Assembly (NCBI GenBank): GCA_963755715.1
Contig: CAVWLW010000059.1
Span: 203,910 to 267,909, forward strand
Source of the DNA: an uncultured delta proteobacterium
GTDB taxonomy: Bacteria > Desulfobacterota > Binatia > UBA9968
Direction: 5' to 3'
Length of the DNA stretch: 64,000 nt
The translations under genes were made by a program, and so were the position numbers. The notes under the pieces are model-generated. The model ran no database searches and was not told the DNA's origin. It worked only from the letters and a program-made list of their open reading frames with translations. The stretch's first letter is position 1, and every line of letters starts with the position of its first letter. Of the stretch, positions 1 through 10,068 are shown piece by piece.

Positions 1-1
1 T

Positions 2-835
2 TTCAGCAAGCGCGGCGTCACCGTCAATCTCAGCACGTTGAGCGCCACGGCGTCCGCCCAGGCGCTCATCTCCGGGCAGATTGATATTTATCAAGGCGGC
101 ACCGCGACGATTCATGCCAACGTGGCGGGCTCGGATCTGATTTACATCGCCGCCAGCGTCGATCGCAGCACTTTGATCTTGTTCGGTCAAAAAGGCTTGA
201 CGACTTTTGAAAATTTACGCGGCAAGTCGGTGGCAACGACTTCGGTAGGCGCCTTCGGCGAAATTGCCATGCGCAAAACCGCCAAAGAGCGCGGCATGGA
301 AATCGGCAAAGACATCAAGCTTCTCTACCACAAAGGCCCGGCGGACGCGCTGTCGACTTTTTTGGTCGGCAACGCCGACGGTATGATCGTCACGCCGCCG
401 CAGACGGAAATGGCGCGCGGCAAAGGATTTCCGGTGATCATCGACTATTACGAAAAAGGACTCAAAATCATCGGACCCGGCACCGGCGTTGCGCGCGCTT
501 TCGTGCAAAAGAATCCCAACACGCTTAAAATTTTTCTGATGGGCTATCTCGACGGCGTGAAGCGCTCGCTCGACGATCCGGCTTACGCGAAAACCGTTCT
601 CGCCCAAAGCAGCAAAATCACCGACCAGAAACTTGTCGAAGATAGTTATCAGGAAGGCGTCAAGGTTTGGAACAAAGACATGACCGTCGATCCCGAAGCG
701 ATCAAGCTCGTCCTCGAGCAGTCGACGGTCGCTAAAGCCGCTGAGCTCGACCCCAAACGATTTTTCGACAACTCACTGATCCGCGAGGTTAACCGCGACT
801 ACGGCGCGAAATTGTTTCCCGGCCAAGTAAAGTAA
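2..835 (+). CDS. ABC transporter substrate-binding protein, NitT/TauT (NMT1/THI5-like), 5' partial
   Basis: Frame is open from the window edge; ALISGQID, LRGKSVA and C-terminal RFFDNSLIRE motifs typical of the family. Confidence 0.85.
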   Translation, partial: FSKRGVTVNLSTLSATASAQALISGQIDIYQGGTATIHANVAGSDLIYIAASVDRSTLILFGQKGLTTFENLRGKSVATTSVGAFGEIAMRKTAKERGMEIGKDIKLLYHKGPADALSTFLVGNADGMIVTPPQTEMARGKGFPVIIDYYEKGLKIIGPGTGVARAFVQKNPNTLKIFLMGYLDGVKRSLDDPAYAKTVLAQSSKITDQKLVEDSYQEGVKVWNKDMTVDPEAIKLVLEQSTVAKAAELDPKRFFDNSLIREVNRDYGAKLFPGQVK

Positions 836-852
836 AGCGCTATGGCACTCAC

Positions 853-935
853 GTCATGCCGGCGAAAGCCGGCATCCAGGTTCGTTTTCGCTTCGGATTC
901 AAAAACACCTGGATTCCGGCCTGCGCCGGAATGAC
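853..935. repeat. REP-like palindromic doublet (GTCATGCCGG..GCATCCAG / CTGGATTCCGG..GAATGAC)
   Basis: Inverted arms between convergent genes; a related copy lies at 3937-4021. Confidence 0.8.
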
Positions 936-977
936 GGAAAAGAGAATCGACTTTGCTTTAATTACTAGAAGCCCTTG

Positions 978-2619
978 TTAATTCAGCAGGCGTGTCCTGG
1001 TCGCTTTCTCGACATAATATTCGCCGACTCGCGTCGGCAGCAGACCTTGTTTGACCAACTGTGCGGCCGCGTCTTTAATGCAATTCTGATACGCAGCAGA
1101 AGTCAGCTTTTGTCCCGGCTTGAGCAGTCCAAGTCTCTGCCACGCCTCGGTCACCGTTTCACGTTTGTCGCGTTTCCCATTACCGTTCATGTCGACCAGA
1201 ACATTGCGCGCATCCAAAGGCTCCTGGTTGACGCCGTCAAACGCGGCAAAAGCCGTTTCCTGGCCGCCGCGCCTTCCCGGATCCACTTCCGGCGGGTAGG
1301 CGAAGTAGACGCCCAGGGGACAGGCGACTTCAGGCAAGGCGACGGCGCCGCGCCCATTCGCGCCATTGTTGTTTTTGTCCGCCGACTCCACCGCGTCTAT
1401 TTTACTCGCAGTCGGCGCAACATCTCTTTCTACCCACTCGTCGAGGCGGTCGATGAGCGAATCGAAAATTCCACCGAGGTCGAGGGTTTGGTTCACGAGA
1501 TCGGGGCGGGAAACTTGACCGGCGTCGAAATGACTCACGCCGCGGATCTCATATAAACGGTGCTTCGCCGCCAAGCCTTTCTCTCCGAGCAGCCGCGCAT
1601 TCTCACGCTTGTTTTGCAAATAATCACCCGTGTCGCCGGCGTAAAGCATGTGGGTAATATCGATTTGTTTGGCGAAATGCGCGCGCCCATCGGCAGTCGT
1701 GAATAACACATCCTTGCCGTCGACGATCAACTTCGGCAGCCAGAGTCCGCTGCCGGCGTCATCGATCAGAAAAGCATCGAAAAATGGCTTGCCGTCCGCA
1801 TCCTGATTGGCGCCGGGCTGATAGTTGATTTGCCGTCCCAAAAATCCGCCAGCGGAGTGACCGTAAAAATAAATTCTTTTCGGCTGGGAACCCAATCTTT
1901 TTGTGATCAACGACCGCGCCAGTTGTCCCCACGACGTGATCAAGCCGGCGTGAGAACTGAGATTGTAGTTGTTGAGCTTCGTGCCGTCTTCCAAAATGAT
2001 CGTGACGTCGCCGCGCGTGCGGTCGGAGGAGCGCATGGTGTGCGCGACGGCGTAGCCCTTGTCGATCATCAACCCGACGTAGCGATTGACGTCGGCGAGA
2101 GGATTGAACTTGGCGTTGGGATCGCGCGGCACCAAGGCGCCGACGGCGCCGTAGGAACCCGCGCCATGCGCGCGTGATGAAAAGTTTGCCGTTCCAGTTG
2201 CGCGCGTCTTCCGGATAGAAAATCGTCAGCCCGTGTCCGGTCGATGCCTCGTACTTGCCGACACCGTGCGCCCGCGGGCCTGCGAGACCGGACTGCGTCA
2301 AAACGAAATCGGGACCGTCGCTAAAATAGATCGCCCGGGAGCCCTTTTCGCGCGACGCCCAACCTTCGACTCCGCCGCTCAAGCGGATCTCGACCCGGCG
2401 AAATTTTTTGCCGTTAATATTGAAAACAGTCTCTTCTGAAATGATGAGACATTGCTCGACACCTACGGACTGCCCGAATACTTGTTTCAATGGCTGGGCA
2501 AATTCATTGCACGAAACGCCGTCTTTCACTACCTTGGCGGACCTGCCGCGATCTTGGGCCGAGACGGGGGCGATGAAAGTCAACGTTGCGATCAAGAAAA
2601 AAATTGTGCGCGCGAGCAT
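978..2619 (-). CDS. Secreted alpha/beta-hydrolase-like protein (frameshift near 2170)
   Basis: Signal peptide in ORF 1759-2619 joins ORF 978-2135, which carries GHSAGG (GxSxG) and a later SHFD His motif. Confidence 0.65.
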
Positions 2620-2768
2620 AAATTTCCCTCCCGCCGCCGAAATTAGTCCGCCGGCATCAAGCTGTCAAACGACCGGCGCGGATTTGCTACGAGCCTCTGC
2701 AAACCCTTGAGCCGGATTGCCGGTTTCTGATACTGATAAGCGAAATTGAATCTTCGAGGAGTCCTACG

Positions 2769-3851
2769 ATGCGCATTATCGACGCCGATGGCCACGTGCT
2801 GGAAAGAGACATCCCCTGGGCGGATTTGATCGACGCTCCCTACCGTTCGCGCGCGCCGCGCCCGGTGCAGGACAACCGCGGCTTTACTTTCATCATGATC
2901 GACGGAAAACTCACGCCAAAACCAGTCGGCAAAGGTTGCAGCTTCGTCGGCGCGCCGCGCAGTCATAATCCGCAGCCGACCACAGGCATGGTCGATCCCA
3001 AGCAGCGGCTCAAGGACATGGATTTGGAAGGCATCGACACCGCGGTGCTATTCGGCACGTCGCCGTTTCTGAGCCTGCCGTTCGTCGAAGACAAAGACTT
3101 GGCCAGCGCCGTGGCGCGCGTCTACAACAACTGGCTGGCCGGCTATTGCAGCGCCGATCCGCGCCGGCTGAAAGGTGTGGCCGCGGTCGCGATTCAGGAC
3201 CCGACGGAAGCGGTCAAGGAGCTTCGCCGCGCGGTTGAAGAGCTCAAGTTCGTCGCCGTCGCCGCGCCGCCGATTTCGGCGTCGAAAAAAAATCTCGACG
3301 ATCCTGATCTCTTTCCTTTTTTTGCAGAGGCAGAGCGTCTCAACGTGCCCGTGTGCATTCACGTCGGCGCCGGCGACGGCGTGCCCGCGGCCACCGAGCG
3401 GTTCGATCATCCTTTTTTCACCCATGCCATGGCGCATCCTTTCGAGCAGATGATCGCTTCGTTATGCGTCGTCGCCGGCGGGCTGTTGGAGCGCTTTCCG
3501 CGCCTCAAGTTCGCCTTCATGGAAGCCGGCTGCGGCTGGGTGCCTTATTGGATGGAGCGGCTCGATGAGCACTATGAAATCCTTCAACCGACCGTGCCGT
3601 GGCTAACCAAGCCGCCCAGCGAATACATGAAAAGCGGACAAATGTTCTACGCCTTCGAGATGGAAGAAAAGATGCTGCCCTACGTCGCCGAGTTCGTCGG
3701 CCCCGAGCGCTTAGTATTCGCCACCGACTACAATCACAGCGATTCGAAGTTTCCCCACACCGTCGAAGAAGTCATGGAGCGCAAAGATCTATCCGACGCG
3801 TTAAAAGCCAAAATCATGGGCGAGAACGCGCAGAAGCTCTATAGTTTGTGA
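2769..3851 (+). CDS. Amidohydrolase family 2 protein (metal-dependent hydrolase/decarboxylase)
   Basis: IIDADGH, CIHVG, MEAGCGW and FATDYNH motifs; GAGGAG RBS. Confidence 0.9.
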   Translation: MRIIDADGHVLERDIPWADLIDAPYRSRAPRPVQDNRGFTFIMIDGKLTPKPVGKGCSFVGAPRSHNPQPTTGMVDPKQRLKDMDLEGIDTAVLFGTSPFLSLPFVEDKDLASAVARVYNNWLAGYCSADPRRLKGVAAVAIQDPTEAVKELRRAVEELKFVAVAAPPISASKKNLDDPDLFPFFAEAERLNVPVCIHVGAGDGVPAATERFDHPFFTHAMAHPFEQMIASLCVVAGGLLERFPRLKFAFMEAGCGWVPYWMERLDEHYEILQPTVPWLTKPPSEYMKSGQMFYAFEMEEKMLPYVAEFVGPERLVFATDYNHSDSKFPHTVEEVMERKDLSDALKAKIMGENAQKLYSL

Positions 3852-3887
3852 TGAATCAATACTGGGATCTGGCGATCTGAAATCTTG

Positions 3888-4058
3888 CTAGTGTCCTGAA
3901 ACCAAAATTCCGCCGAAGAAATCACAACCCCGTGCCGTCATGCCGGTGAAAACCGGCATCCAGACGTTTTTAATCCTGGATTCCGGGTCGCGCTAGCTAT
4001 CGCCAGCTCGCCCGGAATGACGTTGAATTAGGCCGCAAACTCCGCTTCAGGAGACTAG
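3888..4058. mobile_element. MITE-like element (CTAG-flanked, IS630-like ends) carrying a REP-like doublet
   Basis: Ends CTAGTGTCCTGAA / TTCAGGAGACTAG are 12/13 inverted matches; internal GTCATGCCGG...GGAATGAC palindrome. Confidence 0.65.
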
Positions 4059-5006
4059 CGAGTCGTTTCGTTGAACATTTGTCTGACGAAAGTGAAATCC
4101 GCCACATCAGTCGGTTTAACGGCAATTTTTGCCTTGCTTTGCTCGGCGATGCGGTTGAGTTCCACCTGCACTTCTTGATCGGTGAGCGAGAGTGTCGGAT
4201 TGAGCGTGTCCATCAGCGCGTCATAAACCGAGTCCGCTACTTCACGCTCCATCTTGTATTGGCGAATGATGAACTGAATCATTTCCGCTCTGCGAGTCTT
4301 CGCGAATTCAACGGCGCGCATCACCGCGCGAATCGCGCGGCGAATTTTTTGCGGTTCGCGCTCGAGTTTGTCCTTCGTCGTCACAAGCGCCGTCGTCGGT
4401 GACACACCGATCACGTCGCCGGTATGAAGCAAATCCCGATAACCCTGGCGCTTGGCGAGAATGCTGTAGGGCGGCGTCAACGCCACGGCAGGCATGCTGC
4501 CCTGCTGCAACGACAAAAAGCCGTTAGCGACGTCGCCGGTGGAAACGAGCTGCACGTCTTTATCCATGCCGCTCGGCCTGAGCGCTTCGAGCACCTGATA
4601 GAACTGCGTGCCCCAATTGCCGCCCACGCCGATCATCTTGCCGCGCAGATCTTCGATGCGCTGAATATTTTTCTGCGCGACGATCCACAGGTCGGCCTTC
4701 TTGTTGACGTTGAGAATCATTTTGATCGGCGCGCCGTTCACCGCCGCGCGCATGGCCGAACCGCCCGCCGTGGTGAAATCGATGCTGCCCGTCACCAGCG
4801 CGGCGATGCCGGTGTTGGTGCGCATGACGATGATTTCGGGATTCAAACCCTCTCGCGCAAAGAATCCTTCTTTGGCGCCGAGATGCATCGGCCAAGCCGC
4901 CAAGCCCGGGGAAGACGGCGCGATGCGGACTTTCTCCTGCGCGCCGAGCCGAATGAACATAGAGAACAAATTGAATGAAGACTAATGGAGCGATTGTCCA
5001 GCGCAA
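4055..5006 (-). CDS. ABC substrate-binding protein NitT/TauT family (probable frameshift in signal-peptide region)
   Basis: EGFFAREGL, ALVTGSIDF and LRGKMIGV motifs; hydrophobic leader in the adjacent frame from 5006. Confidence 0.85.
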
Positions 5007-5069
5007 GAGAATCGAAGCGCGTCTGGCTGCGCCGCGCGCGCCTACGCGTCGGAGATAAACCCGAAACCA

Positions 5070-6080
5070 CTATAACCCATACAGCGCCTTGGCGTTGTCG
5101 TAGAGAATCTTGTCGATGATTCTTGGCTCGACCTCGCCTTTGGTTTTGATCGTGCGCAGCGCTTCGATTTCGGACGAAGTGTCGTTATGGCCGTAGTCGG
5201 AGCCGATCACGATGTTATCTTCGCCGGCATACTTCAGCACATAGGGAAGGTCGTCGTCCGTCTGGCAAGCGACATAGACATGGTTATCGCGGATCAGATT
5301 ACGCGCCGCGGCATTGTCCGCCCGGTCCAAGCGGCGCGCGATCTCGACGGCGAGATACGGCACCCACTGAGCGCGCACCTCGATGAAGCCGAACCTGAGC
5401 ATAGGAAATTTTTTGGGCACACCGTCGTGCACGAGCGCGTGAAACGCCGACAACACCGGCGCCTTGAAGCGCATGAAACCACTTTCGCCGTCAAAGAGCT
5501 GCACCCAGTTGAAGTTGCCGGTGGACGCATGGACGCAAATGGGCAGACCGGCTTTTTCCGCCCTTTCGTAAAGAGGAAAAAAATAGGCATGGCTGAGCCG
5601 CTTGTCGTCGATCAAGCCGCGCATGAAGACGCCGCAGGCGCCGTTGGCTTTGGCGAACTCGACTTCGGCGACCATGCTCGCCGCATCGATCACCGGCACC
5701 ACGGCAATCCACTTAAGCCGGCCTTCGCCCCGGGCACAGACATCGATCAACCACTGGTTGTAACTGCGGCAGATCGCGTTCTCGACTTCGGCTCTTGCCG
5801 TCAGCGGCCGCAGAAACAGCGACGGATACAACACCTGGACGTCGATATCGAGCTGGTCCATGTGCTTTAGCCGACTTTTGATATCGCGCATCTCGCAGAT
5901 ATCAACCGGTAAGTTACGGTCAAAATTCACACCGCGGTTAAAAACCCGGCCGTCGATCAACCAGTTTTGCGGCCGCCCCGCGCCGGGCGAGATGAGAAAC
6001 GGTCTGAGCTTCTCGTTGGGAATATAGCGCCAGGTCTCGTCACTCTCGATAACGTGGGCATCGGCATCGATGGTCGGCAT
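5070..6080 (-). CDS. Amidohydrolase family 2 protein
   Basis: TIDADAH, CVHAS and GSDYGH motifs. Confidence 0.9.
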   Translation of the reverse strand: MPTIDADAHVIESDETWRYIPNEKLRPFLISPGAGRPQNWLIDGRVFNRGVNFDRNLPVDICEMRDIKSRLKHMDQLDIDVQVLYPSLFLRPLTARAEVENAICRSYNQWLIDVCARGEGRLKWIAVVPVIDAASMVAEVEFAKANGACGVFMRGLIDDKRLSHAYFFPLYERAEKAGLPICVHASTGNFNWVQLFDGESGFMRFKAPVLSAFHALVHDGVPKKFPMLRFGFIEVRAQWVPYLAVEIARRLDRADNAAARNLIRDNHVYVACQTDDDLPYVLKYAGEDNIVIGSDYGHNDTSSEIEALRTIKTKGEVEPRIIDKILYDNAKALYGL

Positions 6081-6340
6081 GATTGTCCTCCACTACGCGC
6101 CCCCGGAGCGGGCGAATTTCTGCCGCAAAGTAACTCCATTCAAGATCGACCGTCAAATAGAATAATGAGAAATAAACGCCCGGATGAAATCTAAACTAAT
6201 TTTTTAAAATTCAGCTTAACAGCCCTGGAAATGCAAACGATTTATAAACTGATATAAGGAATCGTGAATTCTGGACGGCGCTTTTGCGTCTAAGCGCTCG
6301 GACAAAGGACGCTTTGTTCACTTGGAAAAGGAGATGGCAG

Positions 6341-6937
6341 ATGAAAACGGCATTGCGGCTACTCGGTGTACTGTCCTTGGCAACCCTGAATTTCGTCGGC
6401 TGTCATGAGCTGGGCCACGTGGACGGGCTGGGCGACTATGGCGGCTTTGGCAGCAGCGACGTGGTCGGTGAAGTGGATTACGTCGATACGCGGGCGCGCG
6501 AAATTGAGATCCGCACGGACTCCGGGCGCATGTCGGTCGTCCGCTACGACGATAAAACTCAAGTCGTTTACCGTCAGCGCAATTATTCCGTCGCCAATTT
6601 GGAACGCGGGGATTACATCGCAGCGCAAACTCAACAAGACCGCGACGGGAGAATCTATACCGATAGCATTACGGTCAGAGAAAGTGTGCAAGACCGGGGC
6701 GACAAACGCGGCGGCAACCGACTGGATCGTACCGAAGGGCGGGTCGAATACGTCGATCAACGGCGCGGAACGTTCGAGCTTCGCGACCAGCGCAATCGCT
6801 TGATCATTGTTTCGGTCGCTTTCAACTCGCCGCGCCCGGTGATCGATCAGTTTAATCGGCTACGCAATGGCGATTACGTCCGCATCGAAGGACGCTCCGT
6901 AAGCTCGGAACGCTTCGATTTGGAAAATTTCATGTGA
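6341..6937 (+). CDS. Hypothetical lipoprotein with two repeated OB-fold-like domains
   Basis: AGGAG RBS; lipobox FVGC; internal repeat GEVDYVD..R / GRVEYVD..R. Confidence 0.65.
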   Translation: MKTALRLLGVLSLATLNFVGCHELGHVDGLGDYGGFGSSDVVGEVDYVDTRAREIEIRTDSGRMSVVRYDDKTQVVYRQRNYSVANLERGDYIAAQTQQDRDGRIYTDSITVRESVQDRGDKRGGNRLDRTEGRVEYVDQRRGTFELRDQRNRLIIVSVAFNSPRPVIDQFNRLRNGDYVRIEGRSVSSERFDLENFM

Positions 6938-6963
6938 GTGGAGCGATTTGCGGTTAAAGAAGT

Positions 6964-7050
6964 TTCGGAATGCTTCGACAAGCTCAGCACGAACGGAAAC
7001 ACTGCGATCGTGCAATCCGTTCGTCCTGAGCTTAGTCGAAGGACTCCGAA
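6964..7050. repeat. REP-like palindromic doublet (CTTCGACAAGCTCAG..CGAACGG family)
   Basis: CTTCGACAAGCTCAGCACGAACGG inverted to CCGTTCGTCCTGAGCTTAGTCGAAG; related copy inside 16619-16744. Confidence 0.8.
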
Positions 7051-7067
7051 TGTTTTTAGAAGATTAG

Positions 7068-8691
7068 CTAATGTAAAATCTGCTTGAAAAAATCGTTACC
7101 CTTATCATCGACGAGTATAAACGCGGGAAAATCTTCCACCTCGATCTTCCAGATCGCTTCCATGCCGAGCTCGGGATATTCGAGCACTTCGACTTTCTTG
7201 ATATTTTCTTTAGCCAGGATCGCCGCTGGGCCGCCGATCGAGCCGAGATAGAAGCCGCCGTATTTTTTGCAAGCGTCGGTGACCTGCTGGCTCCGATTGC
7301 CTTTGGCGAGCGTGATCATCGCCCCGCCATGCGACTGAAACAAATCCACGTAGGAGTCCATCCGTCCCGCCGTCGTCGGCCCGAAAGAACCCGACGGCAT
7401 ACCTTCGGGAGTTTTCGCCGGCCCGGCATAATAAACCGGATGATCTTTCATGTACTGCGGCATCCCCTCGCCCCGATCCAATCTTTCTTTCAATTTCGCG
7501 TGCGCGATATCGCGCGCGACGATCATCGTACCGGTCAATGAAAGCTGGGTCGTCACAGGATACTTCGTCAGCTGCGCCAAGATCTCCGCCATCGGCCGAT
7601 TGAGATCGACTTTGACGACGTTGCTGGCAACCTTGCCGCGATACTCCTCGGGAATCAGCCGCCCCGGATCTCGTTCCAGCTCTTCGAGCCAAATCCCATC
7701 TTTGTTGATCTTCGCTTTGGCGTTGCGATCGGCAGAACATGATACGCCCATGCCGACCGGACAGGAAGCGCCGTGGCGCGGCAGGCGAATAATGCGCACG
7801 TCCAGCGCAAAATATTTACCGCCGAACTGCGCGCCGTAGCCGGACTTGTAAGCTTGCTCCAGCATCTTATTTTCTGTCTCCACATCACGGAAAGCCCGCC
7901 CGTGCGCATTGCCCGTGGTCGGAAGGTGATCGAGATAGCCGGTCGTTGCAAGCTTCACCGTCTTCAAACAAGCTTCGGCCGAAGTTCCGCCGATGACAAA
8001 CGCCAAATGATACGGCGGGCAGCCGGCGGTTCCGAGCGTCATTCATCTTTTCCGTGAGGAATTTCTCCAAGCTCGCCGGATTGAGCAGCGCTTTGGTCTC
8101 TTGATACAGCGTCGTCTTGTTCGCCGAGCCGCCGCCCTTGGTGACAAAGAGGAATTGATATTCCATGCCCTCCGTCGCCATGAGATCGATCTGCGCCGGC
8201 AGATTGGTGCCGGTATCGACTTCGTCGAACATGTTGAGCGGCGCCGTTTGCGAATAGCGCAGGTTTTCTTCTGTGTAAGTTTTGTAAACTCCCTTGGCAA
8301 GGTGTTCTTCGTCTTTCACGCCGGTCCACACCTGCTGGCCCTTTTTGCCGAAGATCGTCGCCGTGCCCGTGTCCTGGCAAAACGGCAGGATGCCTTTCGC
8401 CGCCGTGTCGGCGTTGCGCAGCATCGCTAAGGCGACGTAGCGGTCGTTATCCGAAGCCTTGGGGTCTTTGAGGATGGCCGCGACTTTTTCCAAATGAGCC
8501 GTGCGCAGCAGGAACGACACGTCGCGTACCGCGACACTCGCCAGCAGCGTCAGCGCCTCGGGCGCGATCTTGAGAATCTCTTTCCCTTCGAACTCGGACA
8601 CGCTGACATAATCTTTGCTCAGGAGCCGGTACTTCGTGGTGTCTTTCTCAACCGGTAACGGATCTTGATAAACGAACGCTGGAGCTGCCAT
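7068..8691 (-). CDS. fumA: Class I (Fe-S) fumarate hydratase (frameshift near 8042)
   Basis: [28 protein letters not shown] and GPTTAGRMD motifs split across two overlapping ORFs. Confidence 0.92.
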
Positions 8692-8773
8692 GGGTTAAAA
8701 CCTCGCACTTTTTCGTATTAATCCTAGATGGAAAATTTCGGCTTTGTCGACGCGCTGAAGTCTTCCGGCGGTT

Positions 8774-8910
8774 GGGTAATGGTTCAGTTAGAGTTTGTTG
8801 CGAATCGTACCGCGAAGAAAGATTCCTCGCTTCCGCTCGGAATGACAACTAAATAAGCATTTGTCATCTCGAACGAAGTGAGAGATCTTTCCCGAACTGA
8901 ACAACCACCC
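8774..8910. mobile_element. MITE-like element carrying a REP-like doublet
   Basis: Ends GGGTAATGGTTCAGTT / AACTGAACAACCACCC (13/16 inverted); internal GAAAGATTCCTCGC..GAATGACA / TGTCATCTCG..GATCTTTC. Confidence 0.55.
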
Positions 8911-8967
8911 AGTCTACGCCGGTTACACGGTGCACGCCTGTCGATTACTTTCGCGGGCGGAGAATGA

Positions 8968-9951
8968 ATGAAATCATCTTTGATCGCAATTCTAATCGTC
9001 TATGCGTTCGTAGTCGCAGCCAACGCCCAAACCCAAGACCAACTCATCGCCGGCGCAAAGAGTGAAGGCAAGCTGGTCATCTACGCCTCCGCCGCCGTCC
9101 AGCAGTTGCAGATGTATCTTGCCGCGTTTAACAAGCGTTACCCTTTTCTCAAGACCGAATACTTTCGCACCGACAAACAAAAACTCGTCACCCGCGTGCT
9201 GCTGGAGGAACAGGCCAAACAACGCCTGGCCGATGTCGTGCACACCAGCGTCATCGAGACGCATATCCTGAAAAAACGCGGCGCCTTGAGCCGCTACGTT
9301 CCGCTGGAATCCGCCTCCTATCCCAGCCAGTACAAAGATCCGGAAGGTTTTTGGACGTCCGTATACGCCAGCGGCACGTTGATGGGTTTCAACAGCCGTC
9401 AGGTCAAACGCGCCGATGCGCCCAAGACCTACGAAGATCTGTTGAATCCGAAGTGGAAAAACGTCATGGGCATCGACAACACCAAGATCGAATGGTTCTC
9501 CATGCTGCTCAAGCTCAAAGGCCGCCCGTTCATGGAAAAGCTCGCGGCTCAAAACGCGCAGATCATGGCCGGCAATACCAATCTTTTGAACTTACTCGCC
9601 GCCGGTGAATTTGCGATCATGGCGGGCGTCTATGAATACTCAGTCGATAATCTGAAGACCAAGGGCGCGCCGGTAGACTGGATCGGCCTTGAACCGGTCA
9701 TCACCTACACGGTCGCCGCTTCTTTGCCATCACAACCGCCTCACCCGTTTGCGGCCAAGCTCTTCATCGAGTGGCTGCTGACCAAAGAAGGCCAGGAAGT
9801 GATCAATCAATACGGCCGAGTGCCGATTCGAGACGACATCGACTCCAAGTACGGCAAAATTTTGAAACAACACAAACTGCTCATGACCGACGTCGACTTG
9901 AGCCAGCGAGAAGTCGAAGTGAACGAAATGATCCGCAAGCTTTTTCGGTGA
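8968..9951 (+). CDS. ABC extracellular solute-binding protein (Fe3+/polyamine-type)
   Basis: Signal peptide; AKSEGKLVIY, PKTYEDLLNPKWK and PHPFAAKLFIEWLL motifs. Confidence 0.88.
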   Translation: MKSSLIAILIVYAFVVAANAQTQDQLIAGAKSEGKLVIYASAAVQQLQMYLAAFNKRYPFLKTEYFRTDKQKLVTRVLLEEQAKQRLADVVHTSVIETHILKKRGALSRYVPLESASYPSQYKDPEGFWTSVYASGTLMGFNSRQVKRADAPKTYEDLLNPKWKNVMGIDNTKIEWFSMLLKLKGRPFMEKLAAQNAQIMAGNTNLLNLLAAGEFAIMAGVYEYSVDNLKTKGAPVDWIGLEPVITYTVAASLPSQPPHPFAAKLFIEWLLTKEGQEVINQYGRVPIRDDIDSKYGKILKQHKLLMTDVDLSQREVEVNEMIRKLFR

Positions 9952-9999
9952 TATGTGAAAATCAACGCAATCAATTTGAGTCCGTGTCGCTTATCAAGT

Positions 10000-10068
10000 T
10001 GTCATCCCGAACGAACGTGAGGGATCTTTCCGGAAAGATTCCTCGTCGCTGCGCTTCTCGGAATGACA
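10000..10068. repeat. REP-like palindromic doublet (TGTCATCCCG...GGAATGACA)
   Basis: Same family as those at 8817-8891 and 16572-16758. Confidence 0.8.
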
